DNA from: a virus
Taxonomy: Duplodnaviria > Caudoviricetes
Length of the DNA stretch: 37,642 nt
IMG/VR virus record: IMGVR_UViG_3300022930_000009
Coordinates: 1 to 37,642 of that record
Reading direction: 5' to 3' (one strand)
Every line of letters begins with the position of its first letter. Within the stretch, counting starts at the first letter, position 1. The position numbers and the translations under genes are program-made. This document shows positions 7,893-16,349 of the stretch, piece by piece. Below the pieces are notes generated by a model. The model saw nothing but the letters and a program-made list of their open reading frames with translations, was not told the DNA's origin and ran no database searches.

Positions 7893-8891
7893 ATGGCTAT
7901 TCCTCCAGTAGGAAACATAATCACCCCGGCGTTACCTCAGGCAGTGTCTGCTCAGGGTCAAGTCATCATCAGTTGGAATCTAGTTCCTTTCGCAACTTCC
8001 TACTTCGTGAGTAGGTCAGACGATAATGTCACCTTTGCAGAGCTAGGGAGCGTCAATGCTCCGTTTCTTCAGTACACCGACCTAACAGGGGTCGTCAATC
8101 AAGTTTATTACTATTATATTCAGGCGTCAGATGGCACTAATTCGTCCTTACCGACGCGTTCAGTTGCTGCTCAAAGCTTAAAGCCAGGGCAAGTGACTCT
8201 GGGTAATTTGAGACTGATCTGTCAGCAGAGAACAGATCTCCAGTACAGCGAGAATGTAAAAACTCAGGAATGGAATTCGATGATCAGCCAGAGCTATAAA
8301 GAGCTTTGGGATATCTTGGCTCAGAAGTTTGGAGACGATTACTTTGTAGCCACTCCTTACATCTATTCCACTGTTGCAAACCAGACTCTCTATCCCCTTC
8401 CAGATGACTTTAAAGCATTGCTGGGTGCTGAGTGCTCAAACAATACAGCAAACCCCAACGCTTGGATTACGATGCGCCAAATTGAGTTTATCGACCGCAA
8501 TATGTACGCAACTCCTGGCATGAATAGCTACATGGGCCCTGTTACGATCCCGTACAGACTGAACGGCAATAATCTCTACTTACCCAATCCCATGGGCGGC
8601 AATCAGACCATCCGAATTTGGTACGTTCCTCGTCCCAATCAGCTGATTAACGATCAGGATATTGTGGATGGAGTCGCAGGCTGGGAAGAGTACATTGTTG
8701 CTGACGTTTCGGTGAAGGTTCTGGCTAAGCAAGAGCAGGATCCGACCATCTTTGCCATTCAAAAGCAGCAGCTCATGTCTCGAATCGAAGAAGCAGCAGA
8801 GAACAGAAATATTGGGGAACCGCAGCGCGTGAGTGACTCGGGGCGCGGAGTGATCGGCGGTCCTACTTCTTGGAACGGATGGTATCGCTAA
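7893..8891 (+). CDS. Head-tail adaptor-like protein with N-terminal fibronectin type III domain
   Basis: VIISW...SYFVSRS...YTD...YYYYIQA FN3 pattern, then TLGNLR...YPLPDDF...IRIWYVPRP adaptor pattern. Confidence 0.7.
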   Translation: MAIPPVGNIITPALPQAVSAQGQVIISWNLVPFATSYFVSRSDDNVTFAELGSVNAPFLQYTDLTGVVNQVYYYYIQASDGTNSSLPTRSVAAQSLKPGQVTLGNLRLICQQRTDLQYSENVKTQEWNSMISQSYKELWDILAQKFGDDYFVATPYIYSTVANQTLYPLPDDFKALLGAECSNNTANPNAWITMRQIEFIDRNMYATPGMNSYMGPVTIPYRLNGNNLYLPNPMGGNQTIRIWYVPRPNQLINDQDIVDGVAGWEEYIVADVSVKVLAKQEQDPTIFAIQKQQLMSRIEEAAENRNIGEPQRVSDSGRGVIGGPTSWNGWYR

Positions 8892-9199
8892 TGCCGCTCC
8901 TTCCCCTCTTCAAAGGCGGATCGCCTGATCTAGAGCTTTTGACGAGTAAGTGGAAGTCCATCATTGATCCGTTCTTACAAAAGCCAGCCAATCAATCGTC
9001 TATTCTTAAGAACGTGGTTTTAGTCAACGGGACAACGATTGTGAATCACCTTTTGGGCAGACCGTTATCGGGTTGGAAGGTGGTCAGACAAAGGTCTCAG
9101 GCTCAGATCTATGACCTTCAAGACATTAATCAGCAGCCTAATCTTACGCTGTTACTATCTAGCAACGCGAACGTCGTTGTGGATCTGGAAGTATTTTAA
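8891..9199 (+). CDS. Small tail-associated protein (start refined from 8870)
   Basis: TAATG coupling; VNHLLGRP motif like xHxLGxxP segments in fibre proteins. Confidence 0.6.
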   Translation: MPLLPLFKGGSPDLELLTSKWKSIIDPFLQKPANQSSILKNVVLVNGTTIVNHLLGRPLSGWKVVRQRSQAQIYDLQDINQQPNLTLLLSSNANVVVDLEVF

Positions 9200-9209
9200 G
9201 GGGGAATCT

Positions 9210-10349
9210 ATGGCGTCATTCTTAACACCCAACATGAATTTGGTAATCCCGATTCCCACCGTTGAAATTGGTCCTGACTGGGCAAATGAGATCAACGCTT
9301 CGTTATCGATCATCGATGCTCATGATCATAGTCCTGGATCTGGAGCCCCGATTAATCCAGCAGCGATTAACATTAATACCCCACTTGATTTTAATAACTT
9401 CGATGCGGACGGAGTGAGAAGTGTGAGGTTCTTTCCTCAGGTCGTTGCCCTTCCTGCTTCCTCCCCTGACATTGGGTCCATCTACGTTGCTGGAAATGAG
9501 CTCTATTACAACGACGTAACGGGTGGACACCAGATCCAGATCACAGCCAATGGATCAGTCACAGGTTCTTCAGGAACGATTACAGGGCTCCCGAGTGGAA
9601 CAGCTTCGGCTTCTTATCAGAGCGCTTCTGGCACATTTAGATTTCAGCAAGCGACGAATACCGCAGCCAACATGGACGTGGGAAGTCTGATCCTGAGATA
9701 CCCAGGTTCTTACCCGACTCCGACTGGCAATTACATTTCAATTCAAGCTCCCTCATCGCTTGCAAGTGGGTACTCAATCACGATGCCCGCTCTACCTCCT
9801 CAAACGAGTGTGATGAGCATGAGCTCAATGGGTGTGATATCAACTAGCACCTACGACAACTTTGCCAATGCACTGGGCGCGACTGGATCAAATATCATCG
9901 CCAACAACAGAACCAGGACAGTTGCTCAATCAGTGGGAGCTGGAGGAGTTGCTAAAAGCCCGGGTTGTGGAAGCTTCAATACGACGTCCGGAACTCCAGT
10001 TGCGGTCACTAATCTCAGTGTGACAATCGTTACGACGGGAAGACCTGTCTTTGTGGGACTCGTGTCCGATGGCGCTTTTGCAGGAGGAAGTTTTGTAGGT
10101 ACTTCACCTAATTCAGCAGCTCAGGTTGGAATCACGCGAAACGCTACTGACATCTCTCTTTACGGAGTCTTTGCCGGAACTCCGGGAACCAGCGGTTCTT
10201 TTGTTTCCCTTCCCTCGACTGTCATAAACTACGTCGACGTCGTAGCTGCGGGAACCTATACTTACCAAGTGATGCTTCAGGTGGGTGGAAGCGCTCCAAC
10301 CCCTTCTGCAGGGATTAGTGGCGCAGTTTTGGTTGCGTACGAGCTATGA
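9210..10349 (+). CDS. Tail fibre/needle-like protein (start refined from 9111)
   Basis: GGGGG SD; TPNMNL...DWANEINASLSIIDAHDH anchor-like N-terminus; G/S/T-rich body. Confidence 0.65.
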   Translation: MASFLTPNMNLVIPIPTVEIGPDWANEINASLSIIDAHDHSPGSGAPINPAAININTPLDFNNFDADGVRSVRFFPQVVALPASSPDIGSIYVAGNELYYNDVTGGHQIQITANGSVTGSSGTITGLPSGTASASYQSASGTFRFQQATNTAANMDVGSLILRYPGSYPTPTGNYISIQAPSSLASGYSITMPALPPQTSVMSMSSMGVISTSTYDNFANALGATGSNIIANNRTRTVAQSVGAGGVAKSPGCGSFNTTSGTPVAVTNLSVTIVTTGRPVFVGLVSDGAFAGGSFVGTSPNSAAQVGITRNATDISLYGVFAGTPGTSGSFVSLPSTVINYVDVVAAGTYTYQVMLQVGGSAPTPSAGISGAVLVAYEL

Positions 10350-13300
10350 CCTTAAAAAAAGAAACCATTAGCTTTAATTTCTCTCAGGGCGTTGAGACTA
10401 AGACGGATAACAAGCAGCTTCCGATCGGACAGTTTGAAGTTTTAAATAACTCAGTCTTCACCAAGGGCGGATTGCTCCAGAAGAGAAACGGATATGATAA
10501 GTTAGAAGACCTTCCCGAGTCAGCTTCTTATCTCACCGTCTTTAAAGAAAACCTGACTGCTCTGAAAGACAGTCTTCAGGCTTACGTTGATGCAACAGAC
10601 CGCTGGGTGAATAAAGGGGTTTTAAAGCCTGTAGAGTTAGACACTTCAGCAGTGGTCAGGAGTAACACCAATAAAAGCCAAGCTGATTCGGTCTTGTCTG
10701 ACTCAGGGCTTTTGATGACGGTATATACAGACCAGAGTGCTGCTAACCTTGCTAATCCCGTCTACAAGTATGTAGTGACGGACGCTTTGACGACGCAAAA
10801 CATTGTGGCGCCTCAGGTAATTCCCTCTGATCCTACGTACGGAACACCCAGAGTCTTTCTCCTCAATAACTACTTCATCATTGTCTATTCGACCTTTGTG
10901 AGCGGCAATTACCAGCTGCAATACGTGGCAGTCAGTATTGACAATCCTAGTATTGCAATGGCTCCGGTCATCATTACGACTTCATACACTCCATCTGCAC
11001 AGATCGCATTTGACGGGACAGTACTCAACGACAATCTTTATTTAGCTTGGAATGGGGGCGCAGCTTCAGGGATTAAGATGGCTTACTTAACGCAGGCTCT
11101 TTCTCTCTCTTCCACTGTGATTAGAGACGCTTCTCACTCGGCAACACTTGTTTCTATGGCTGTGAGCGAAGATTCAAGCCAGGTATGGGTGAATTATTAC
11201 GATTCCGTAACAAAGAACGCTTTTGCCTTAGCAACGGATTCTCAGCTCAATTCAATCCTCACTCCAAGTCCAACTTGGACAAACGCAGACATCTTAAATC
11301 TCACCTCGACCGTGAGTACAGGCTTCAATAAGGTGTTTGCTGAGATCAATAACGCATATTCCTTTAATGCAGCGGTTCCTACCCATTACATCGAAGTTGC
11401 GTTCGTCAATTTGCTCGGTCTATTTGCAGGTCCAAACGTCTTAGTCAGATCACTTGGACTGATGAGTGAAGCTTTTCTCTACGACGGAGTGAGTTACTTT
11501 ATCGCAGTCTACGTATCTCCCTACCAATCGACTTACTTCTTAATCAATGAAAACGGGAAGGTCATCGCTGAGCTTGCCTATGGCAACGCAACGGGTTACG
11601 CGCTACACGGACTGTCCACCGTGACCGTAGATGGCAACGAGATCTCGTTCGTTTACCTCAAGCGGGATCTCGTTCAGCCGCCTAATACGAATACCAACCC
11701 TCCTGCTGGCAGTCAGGTCGTGGGCGTTTACTCTCAGAGCGGAATCAACCTCGCTAAAATCCGCTTTACGACTGAGAACATGGATACGCTAGAAGCTGCA
11801 GATAGCTTACTCATCACGGGCGGCATTACCTGGGCTTATGACGGCTATGAACCCAATGAACAAGGGTTCTTTCTCTATCCAGACTCAGTCGAAGCAACGA
11901 CTTCAGCAACGGGTGGGTTAATTACAGCAGGACAATACTTCTACAAAGTGACCTACGAGTGGACAGACAATCAGGGGAACGCATTTAAGTCAGCACCTTC
12001 GTTACCTATTACGGTGACAACTACAGGAGGTGCATCCCTCAATACAATTCACATTCCTACGTTAAGACTCACATACAAAACAGCTAATCCCGTCAAGATC
12101 GTTGTCTATCGCTATTCAGTAGCTCAGCCTATTTACTACCAAGTGTCTTCGGTTTCCATGCCTCTTCTTAATGATACAACCGTGGACTTTTTAGACTTTC
12201 CCGACGACTCCTCAGATGCTGACATCTTGGGCAGAAACATTTTATACACAAATGGGGGAGTGCTTGAAAACATAGGCCCCCCCGCATTGGATGACATCTT
12301 TTTATTCGATGACCGTGTGTTTGGGATCACGTCAGAAGACAAGCGCTTGCTCTGGTATTCCCAAAAGATTCTGCAAGACACTCCAGTTGAGTTTTCAGAC
12401 CAATTAACCCTGTATATTGCTCCAAATAGTGGCGCTCAAGGGTCAACAGGTCCTCTCACTTGCGGATTTCAGATGGATGATAAACTGATATTGTTTAATG
12501 CATCTGGCATGAGCTATATCAACGGGACGGGTCCGGACTCAACCGGCGCAAATTCTCAATATTCCGAACCGATTTTTATTACATCGACTGTAGGATGCAG
12601 CAATTCTAAATCGATTATTCTAACCCCGATGGGTCTCATGTTTGAGTTTGCGTCTCAAAGCGGAAACCAAATCTGGCTTTTGGGCAGGGATTTAACTACG
12701 GTCTTTTTGGGAGCTCCTGTGTCTGGATTGACCCAGGAAGCAACTGTTCAGAGTTCGGATAACATTCCAGGGACTAATTCGGTGAGGTTTACCCTTGATA
12801 GCGGGATTACGCTCAACTATGACACTTTCTACGGTCAATGGGACACTTTCTCAAATACGAACGCAGTCTCAAGTATCCTATACGAAGGTCTTCACACCTA
12901 TATCAACAGCCGTTCTGAGATCTATCAGGAAACTCCTAATAAATACTTAGATGGAGACCGCCCCGTTCTGATCAATTTCAAGACGGGTTGGATTAACTTA
13001 GCAGGCTTGCAGGGGTACCAAAGAGCCTATTACTTCTATCTACTAGGTACCTACTTCTCTCCTCATAAGCTCATTGTGCAGGTCGCCTATGACTACAACT
13101 CAGCGCCTGTTCAGCAGTCTATTATTAGCCCGGATAACTTTGCTGGAACCTACGGACAGGGCAATTACGGTTCTCAGTCTCCTTACGGCGGACCCGGGAA
13201 CTTAGAGCAATGGAAGATCTTCTTTGAGCGTCAGCGCTGCATGGCTTTTCAAGTCACCGTGCAGGAAATTTTTGATCCTGCCTATGGTACAGTTGCAGGT

Positions 13301-13387
13301 AAGGGGTTTACTCTATCTGGAATTAACTGCCAGGTAGCAATCAAGAAGGGGTGGAGGCCAATCTCGGCTTCTCACGCGGTGGGATAA
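10346..13387 (+). CDS. Tail nozzle / packaged-DNA stabilisation protein
   Basis: 1013 aa beta-rich; N-terminal G.LQKRNG, LLWYS, VGC and C-terminal FKTGW motifs typical of podovirus nozzles; position. Confidence 0.75.
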   Translation: MTLKKETISFNFSQGVETKTDNKQLPIGQFEVLNNSVFTKGGLLQKRNGYDKLEDLPESASYLTVFKENLTALKDSLQAYVDATDRWVNKGVLKPVELDTSAVVRSNTNKSQADSVLSDSGLLMTVYTDQSAANLANPVYKYVVTDALTTQNIVAPQVIPSDPTYGTPRVFLLNNYFIIVYSTFVSGNYQLQYVAVSIDNPSIAMAPVIITTSYTPSAQIAFDGTVLNDNLYLAWNGGAASGIKMAYLTQALSLSSTVIRDASHSATLVSMAVSEDSSQVWVNYYDSVTKNAFALATDSQLNSILTPSPTWTNADILNLTSTVSTGFNKVFAEINNAYSFNAAVPTHYIEVAFVNLLGLFAGPNVLVRSLGLMSEAFLYDGVSYFIAVYVSPYQSTYFLINENGKVIAELAYGNATGYALHGLSTVTVDGNEISFVYLKRDLVQPPNTNTNPPAGSQVVGVYSQSGINLAKIRFTTENMDTLEAADSLLITGGITWAYDGYEPNEQGFFLYPDSVEATTSATGGLITAGQYFYKVTYEWTDNQGNAFKSAPSLPITVTTTGGASLNTIHIPTLRLTYKTANPVKIVVYRYSVAQPIYYQVSSVSMPLLNDTTVDFLDFPDDSSDADILGRNILYTNGGVLENIGPPALDDIFLFDDRVFGITSEDKRLLWYSQKILQDTPVEFSDQLTLYIAPNSGAQGSTGPLTCGFQMDDKLILFNASGMSYINGTGPDSTGANSQYSEPIFITSTVGCSNSKSIILTPMGLMFEFASQSGNQIWLLGRDLTTVFLGAPVSGLTQEATVQSSDNIPGTNSVRFTLDSGITLNYDTFYGQWDTFSNTNAVSSILYEGLHTYINSRSEIYQETPNKYLDGDRPVLINFKTGWINLAGLQGYQRAYYFYLLGTYFSPHKLIVQVAYDYNSAPVQQSIISPDNFAGTYGQGNYGSQSPYGGPGNLEQWKIFFERQRCMAFQVTVQEIFDPAYGTVAGKGFTLSGINCQVAIKKGWRPISASHAVG

Positions 13388-13707
13388 TGTACGCTGAGTA
13401 TATTAAAGAGCGAGAAGGTTTTGATATCATAGAAACCTCAGCTGGTTTTGCAGTCTATAAGGTGACCGGGGAAGAAATTTACCTGCGCGATATTTATGTG
13501 CGAGCAGAATGCAGAAAACGCGGAATTGCTTCCGATCTTGCCGATGAAGTAGCAAAGATTGGGCAAAAAGCCGGCTGTCGTTATTTAGTAGGGAGCGTTT
13601 CACCTCAATCAAAGACTGCGACTGAAAACATTGAAGTATTAATTAGATATGGAATGACTCTCCATAAATGCGATTCGTCGCTCATGGTATTTTTCAAGGA
13701 GATCTAA
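13387..13707 (+). CDS. GNAT acetyltransferase (start refined from 13351)
   Basis: IYVRAECRKRGIASDL acetyl-CoA motif A; TAATG coupling to nozzle. Confidence 0.8.
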   Translation: MYAEYIKEREGFDIIETSAGFAVYKVTGEEIYLRDIYVRAECRKRGIASDLADEVAKIGQKAGCRYLVGSVSPQSKTATENIEVLIRYGMTLHKCDSSLMVFFKEI

Positions 13708-14700
13708 ATGGGCGGATTAATGAGAACGATTGGGACATTGCTCGGTGAAGGCGATAATAATTCGGGATTCACAGCCAGAAGTGGTGTGAGTAACGATCAG
13801 CTCAATAAGGGTTATGGAAGCACTCAAACAGGCTTAACTGAATATGAGCAGCTTCTTTCGGCTCTAAAAGGAGTGAACGGCGTCCAAAACCAGCAAAACG
13901 TCTACGACCAATATGGAAACATAGCCCAAGGCCTAGGTCCTAACCCTGCTCAGTCCATGCTGAATGAATCCACTGCTCAGAACGTAGCAAACCAAGGGGC
14001 GCTCATGGCCTCTGCTAGAGGCGCTAGCGTAAATCCAGCGTTGGTAGCAAGGCTTGCTGCTCAGCAGGGCGGCGCCATACAGCAACAGGCAGCTGGACAG
14101 GGAGCTACTCTCCAAGCTCAGCAATCTTTAGCGGCGTTGGGAGCTCAGGGAAATATTGCAGGTCAGCAGGTCGCTAATCAATTGGGTGCAACTTCGGGTT
14201 ATAATGCTGCAGCTCAAGGGAATCAGGGGACACTACTCAACGCTCTTTCCAATGAGAACAATGCAAACGCAGGGATAGCGGGCATTAATGCAAACAACTC
14301 TGCTGGAGCTGTTCAAGGGCTCGTCAAGGGAGCTGCAGGGGCCCTTTCCTTATTTTCAAAAGGCGGCAAAGTTCCTGATCATCTCCTCAGCATGCAAAGC
14401 ATCTATCACCCAATGGCTCAGGGTGGATCTGTTGGCACGCAAGACGGCCTTGTACCGGGCACACCTCAAGTTCAGGGAGATAGTCAGAAAAATGATACGG
14501 TTTCAGCGCTTTTATCGCCTGGTGAGGTTGTTATACCAAGATCGATTATGGAAGGTCCGGACCCTGTTAAGAACGCAGCAAAGTTCATAGCTCAGATTCA
14601 AAAGAAGAAGATGAATCAGGGTGGGGAAGTCAAAGCCTCTGATGAAGGTGATTTTAAAGCGGCGCTCAGAAAAGTGATGAGCGAAAGGAAGAAAAAATGA
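13708..14700 (+). CDS. Putative internal virion/ejection protein 1
   Basis: Q/A/G/N-rich; after nozzle and GNAT; C-terminal DTVSALLSPGEVVIPRS. Confidence 0.65.
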   Translation: MGGLMRTIGTLLGEGDNNSGFTARSGVSNDQLNKGYGSTQTGLTEYEQLLSALKGVNGVQNQQNVYDQYGNIAQGLGPNPAQSMLNESTAQNVANQGALMASARGASVNPALVARLAAQQGGAIQQQAAGQGATLQAQQSLAALGAQGNIAGQQVANQLGATSGYNAAAQGNQGTLLNALSNENNANAGIAGINANNSAGAVQGLVKGAAGALSLFSKGGKVPDHLLSMQSIYHPMAQGGSVGTQDGLVPGTPQVQGDSQKNDTVSALLSPGEVVIPRSIMEGPDPVKNAAKFIAQIQKKKMNQGGEVKASDEGDFKAALRKVMSERKKK

Positions 14701-16349
14701 ACTTTAAAGACTTCTCTTTGATGGATGAGACTGAAGATTCCTATCAAGTGGGGCATCCCAATGGGAAGTCGATGACCATTCCTAAAAAAGGAATGAGTGA
14801 AAAAGCTCATGCGCTCGTCAAGAAGCTAAAGCCTGTGAAGATGGCTCAAGGGGGGTTGGCCGAAGACCCAAACCTCATGAATGATTTAGACGCTCTTGCA
14901 GTCAATTCCCAGGGTATGATTAATCCTCCAGATCCATCCATTGCTCAGCAGGCAGGCTCGGTGGTCAGAAGCGGAGTAGGAGACGCTCTTGGAGCGTTTG
15001 GAAACGTAGCTTCAGCTGTAGCGGGTCCTGTAGTCAAAGGGGTGGGAGACTTTGCAAAAGGCTTATTGACTGGAGAGCAAGCGGCCGAAGCAGCGCAGCC
15101 TCAAGTAGTGGGGGTATCTAATGACACGTCTTTACCTGTTCAAAGCGTTTCTGAAGTCCCTGTGCCAGAAGAGAAAATCCCAGAACTCTCCAAAGAAGAG
15201 CAGCAAATTGCCAAGCAAAATGAGAAGAACAAAAAAGCTCTTGAAACAAGCCTCGACCAAAGTCTTAGACTGGGAAACGAAATAGAGAGAGAATACAAGA
15301 AAGCTTCTGCGCTACAAAGTAAGCTTGAGACTCCTGATCAAATTATGGATCGGTTCAAAGCTCAGGACGAAATGTATAAGAATGAGCTAGCAGCTAAAAA
15401 AGTTGATCCACATCGATTGTTTAATAGCTATACGACAGGTCAGAGAATCCAAAACGGGATTGCTATGATTTTAGGCGGTTTCGGAGGAGGTCGTGGTCCT
15501 AATCCAGTCGCTGAAATGATGGAAAAAGCAATTGACCGCGATATTGATGCTCAGAAAAACGATCAAGCTAACACTATGAATCTCTGGAAGATGAACCGTG
15601 AAAAGCTTCAGACTGATCTTCAGGCAAATCTTGCGACTCAGAATCAAATCCTGATGGGTGTGAAACTCATGGCAGAAAGAGCTGCTGCTTCAGCCCAGAA
15701 TGCAAATGCTGCTGGAAAAATGATAGAACTCGTTCAACAAATTGATCAAAAAGCGGCGTTGAATAACCTCATGAGGTCTCGCGTAAGCGGTGGAGCGCCT
15801 GGCAGTGAAGCTGAATACGTAAAGGAATTGAATATCGCTTCTCAGATCAATAAAGAAGTCAAAAAAGATATGGAAGCTAAGTACATTCCTGGCTTTGGAA
15901 CTACCAGGATTGCTCCTACTGAAAAGCAGCGAGAACAATTGATTGCTATGTCCAACTTTAAGAAACTGGCTCAAAACGCTGAGCATTTTGCAAAGACCGT
16001 GGGGACTACCGGTTACGGGACAGAGGCAAACGCACAAGCTGAAAATATTCGAATGGGTTTGTACGAACTTCTCCCGGCCATCAGAGGAATTAACGCCTCG
16101 ACTGATGCTAAGATTGATCTCTTTTCTAAATCAATTGATAGTCCGGGCTCTTTGAGAACTGGAAAGTTCTTAGCCCAATTAAATGAGCTCAGGAACGATA
16201 CAGCTATTCGAGAACAAACTCTTCACACCAATTTAGGAGCGATGCCTTTTAAACAAGCGCCGCAAGATCAAGCCGCAATTGCCTGGGCAAAATCTAATCC
16301 AGGAACTCCACAAGCGCAGAAAATTCTTCAACTCAACGGGGTGAGGTAA
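14697..16349 (+). CDS. Putative internal virion/ejection protein 2
   Basis: 550 aa helical; ATGA coupling; position. Confidence 0.65.
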   Translation: MNFKDFSLMDETEDSYQVGHPNGKSMTIPKKGMSEKAHALVKKLKPVKMAQGGLAEDPNLMNDLDALAVNSQGMINPPDPSIAQQAGSVVRSGVGDALGAFGNVASAVAGPVVKGVGDFAKGLLTGEQAAEAAQPQVVGVSNDTSLPVQSVSEVPVPEEKIPELSKEEQQIAKQNEKNKKALETSLDQSLRLGNEIEREYKKASALQSKLETPDQIMDRFKAQDEMYKNELAAKKVDPHRLFNSYTTGQRIQNGIAMILGGFGGGRGPNPVAEMMEKAIDRDIDAQKNDQANTMNLWKMNREKLQTDLQANLATQNQILMGVKLMAERAAASAQNANAAGKMIELVQQIDQKAALNNLMRSRVSGGAPGSEAEYVKELNIASQINKEVKKDMEAKYIPGFGTTRIAPTEKQREQLIAMSNFKKLAQNAEHFAKTVGTTGYGTEANAQAENIRMGLYELLPAIRGINASTDAKIDLFSKSIDSPGSLRTGKFLAQLNELRNDTAIREQTLHTNLGAMPFKQAPQDQAAIAWAKSNPGTPQAQKILQLNGVR

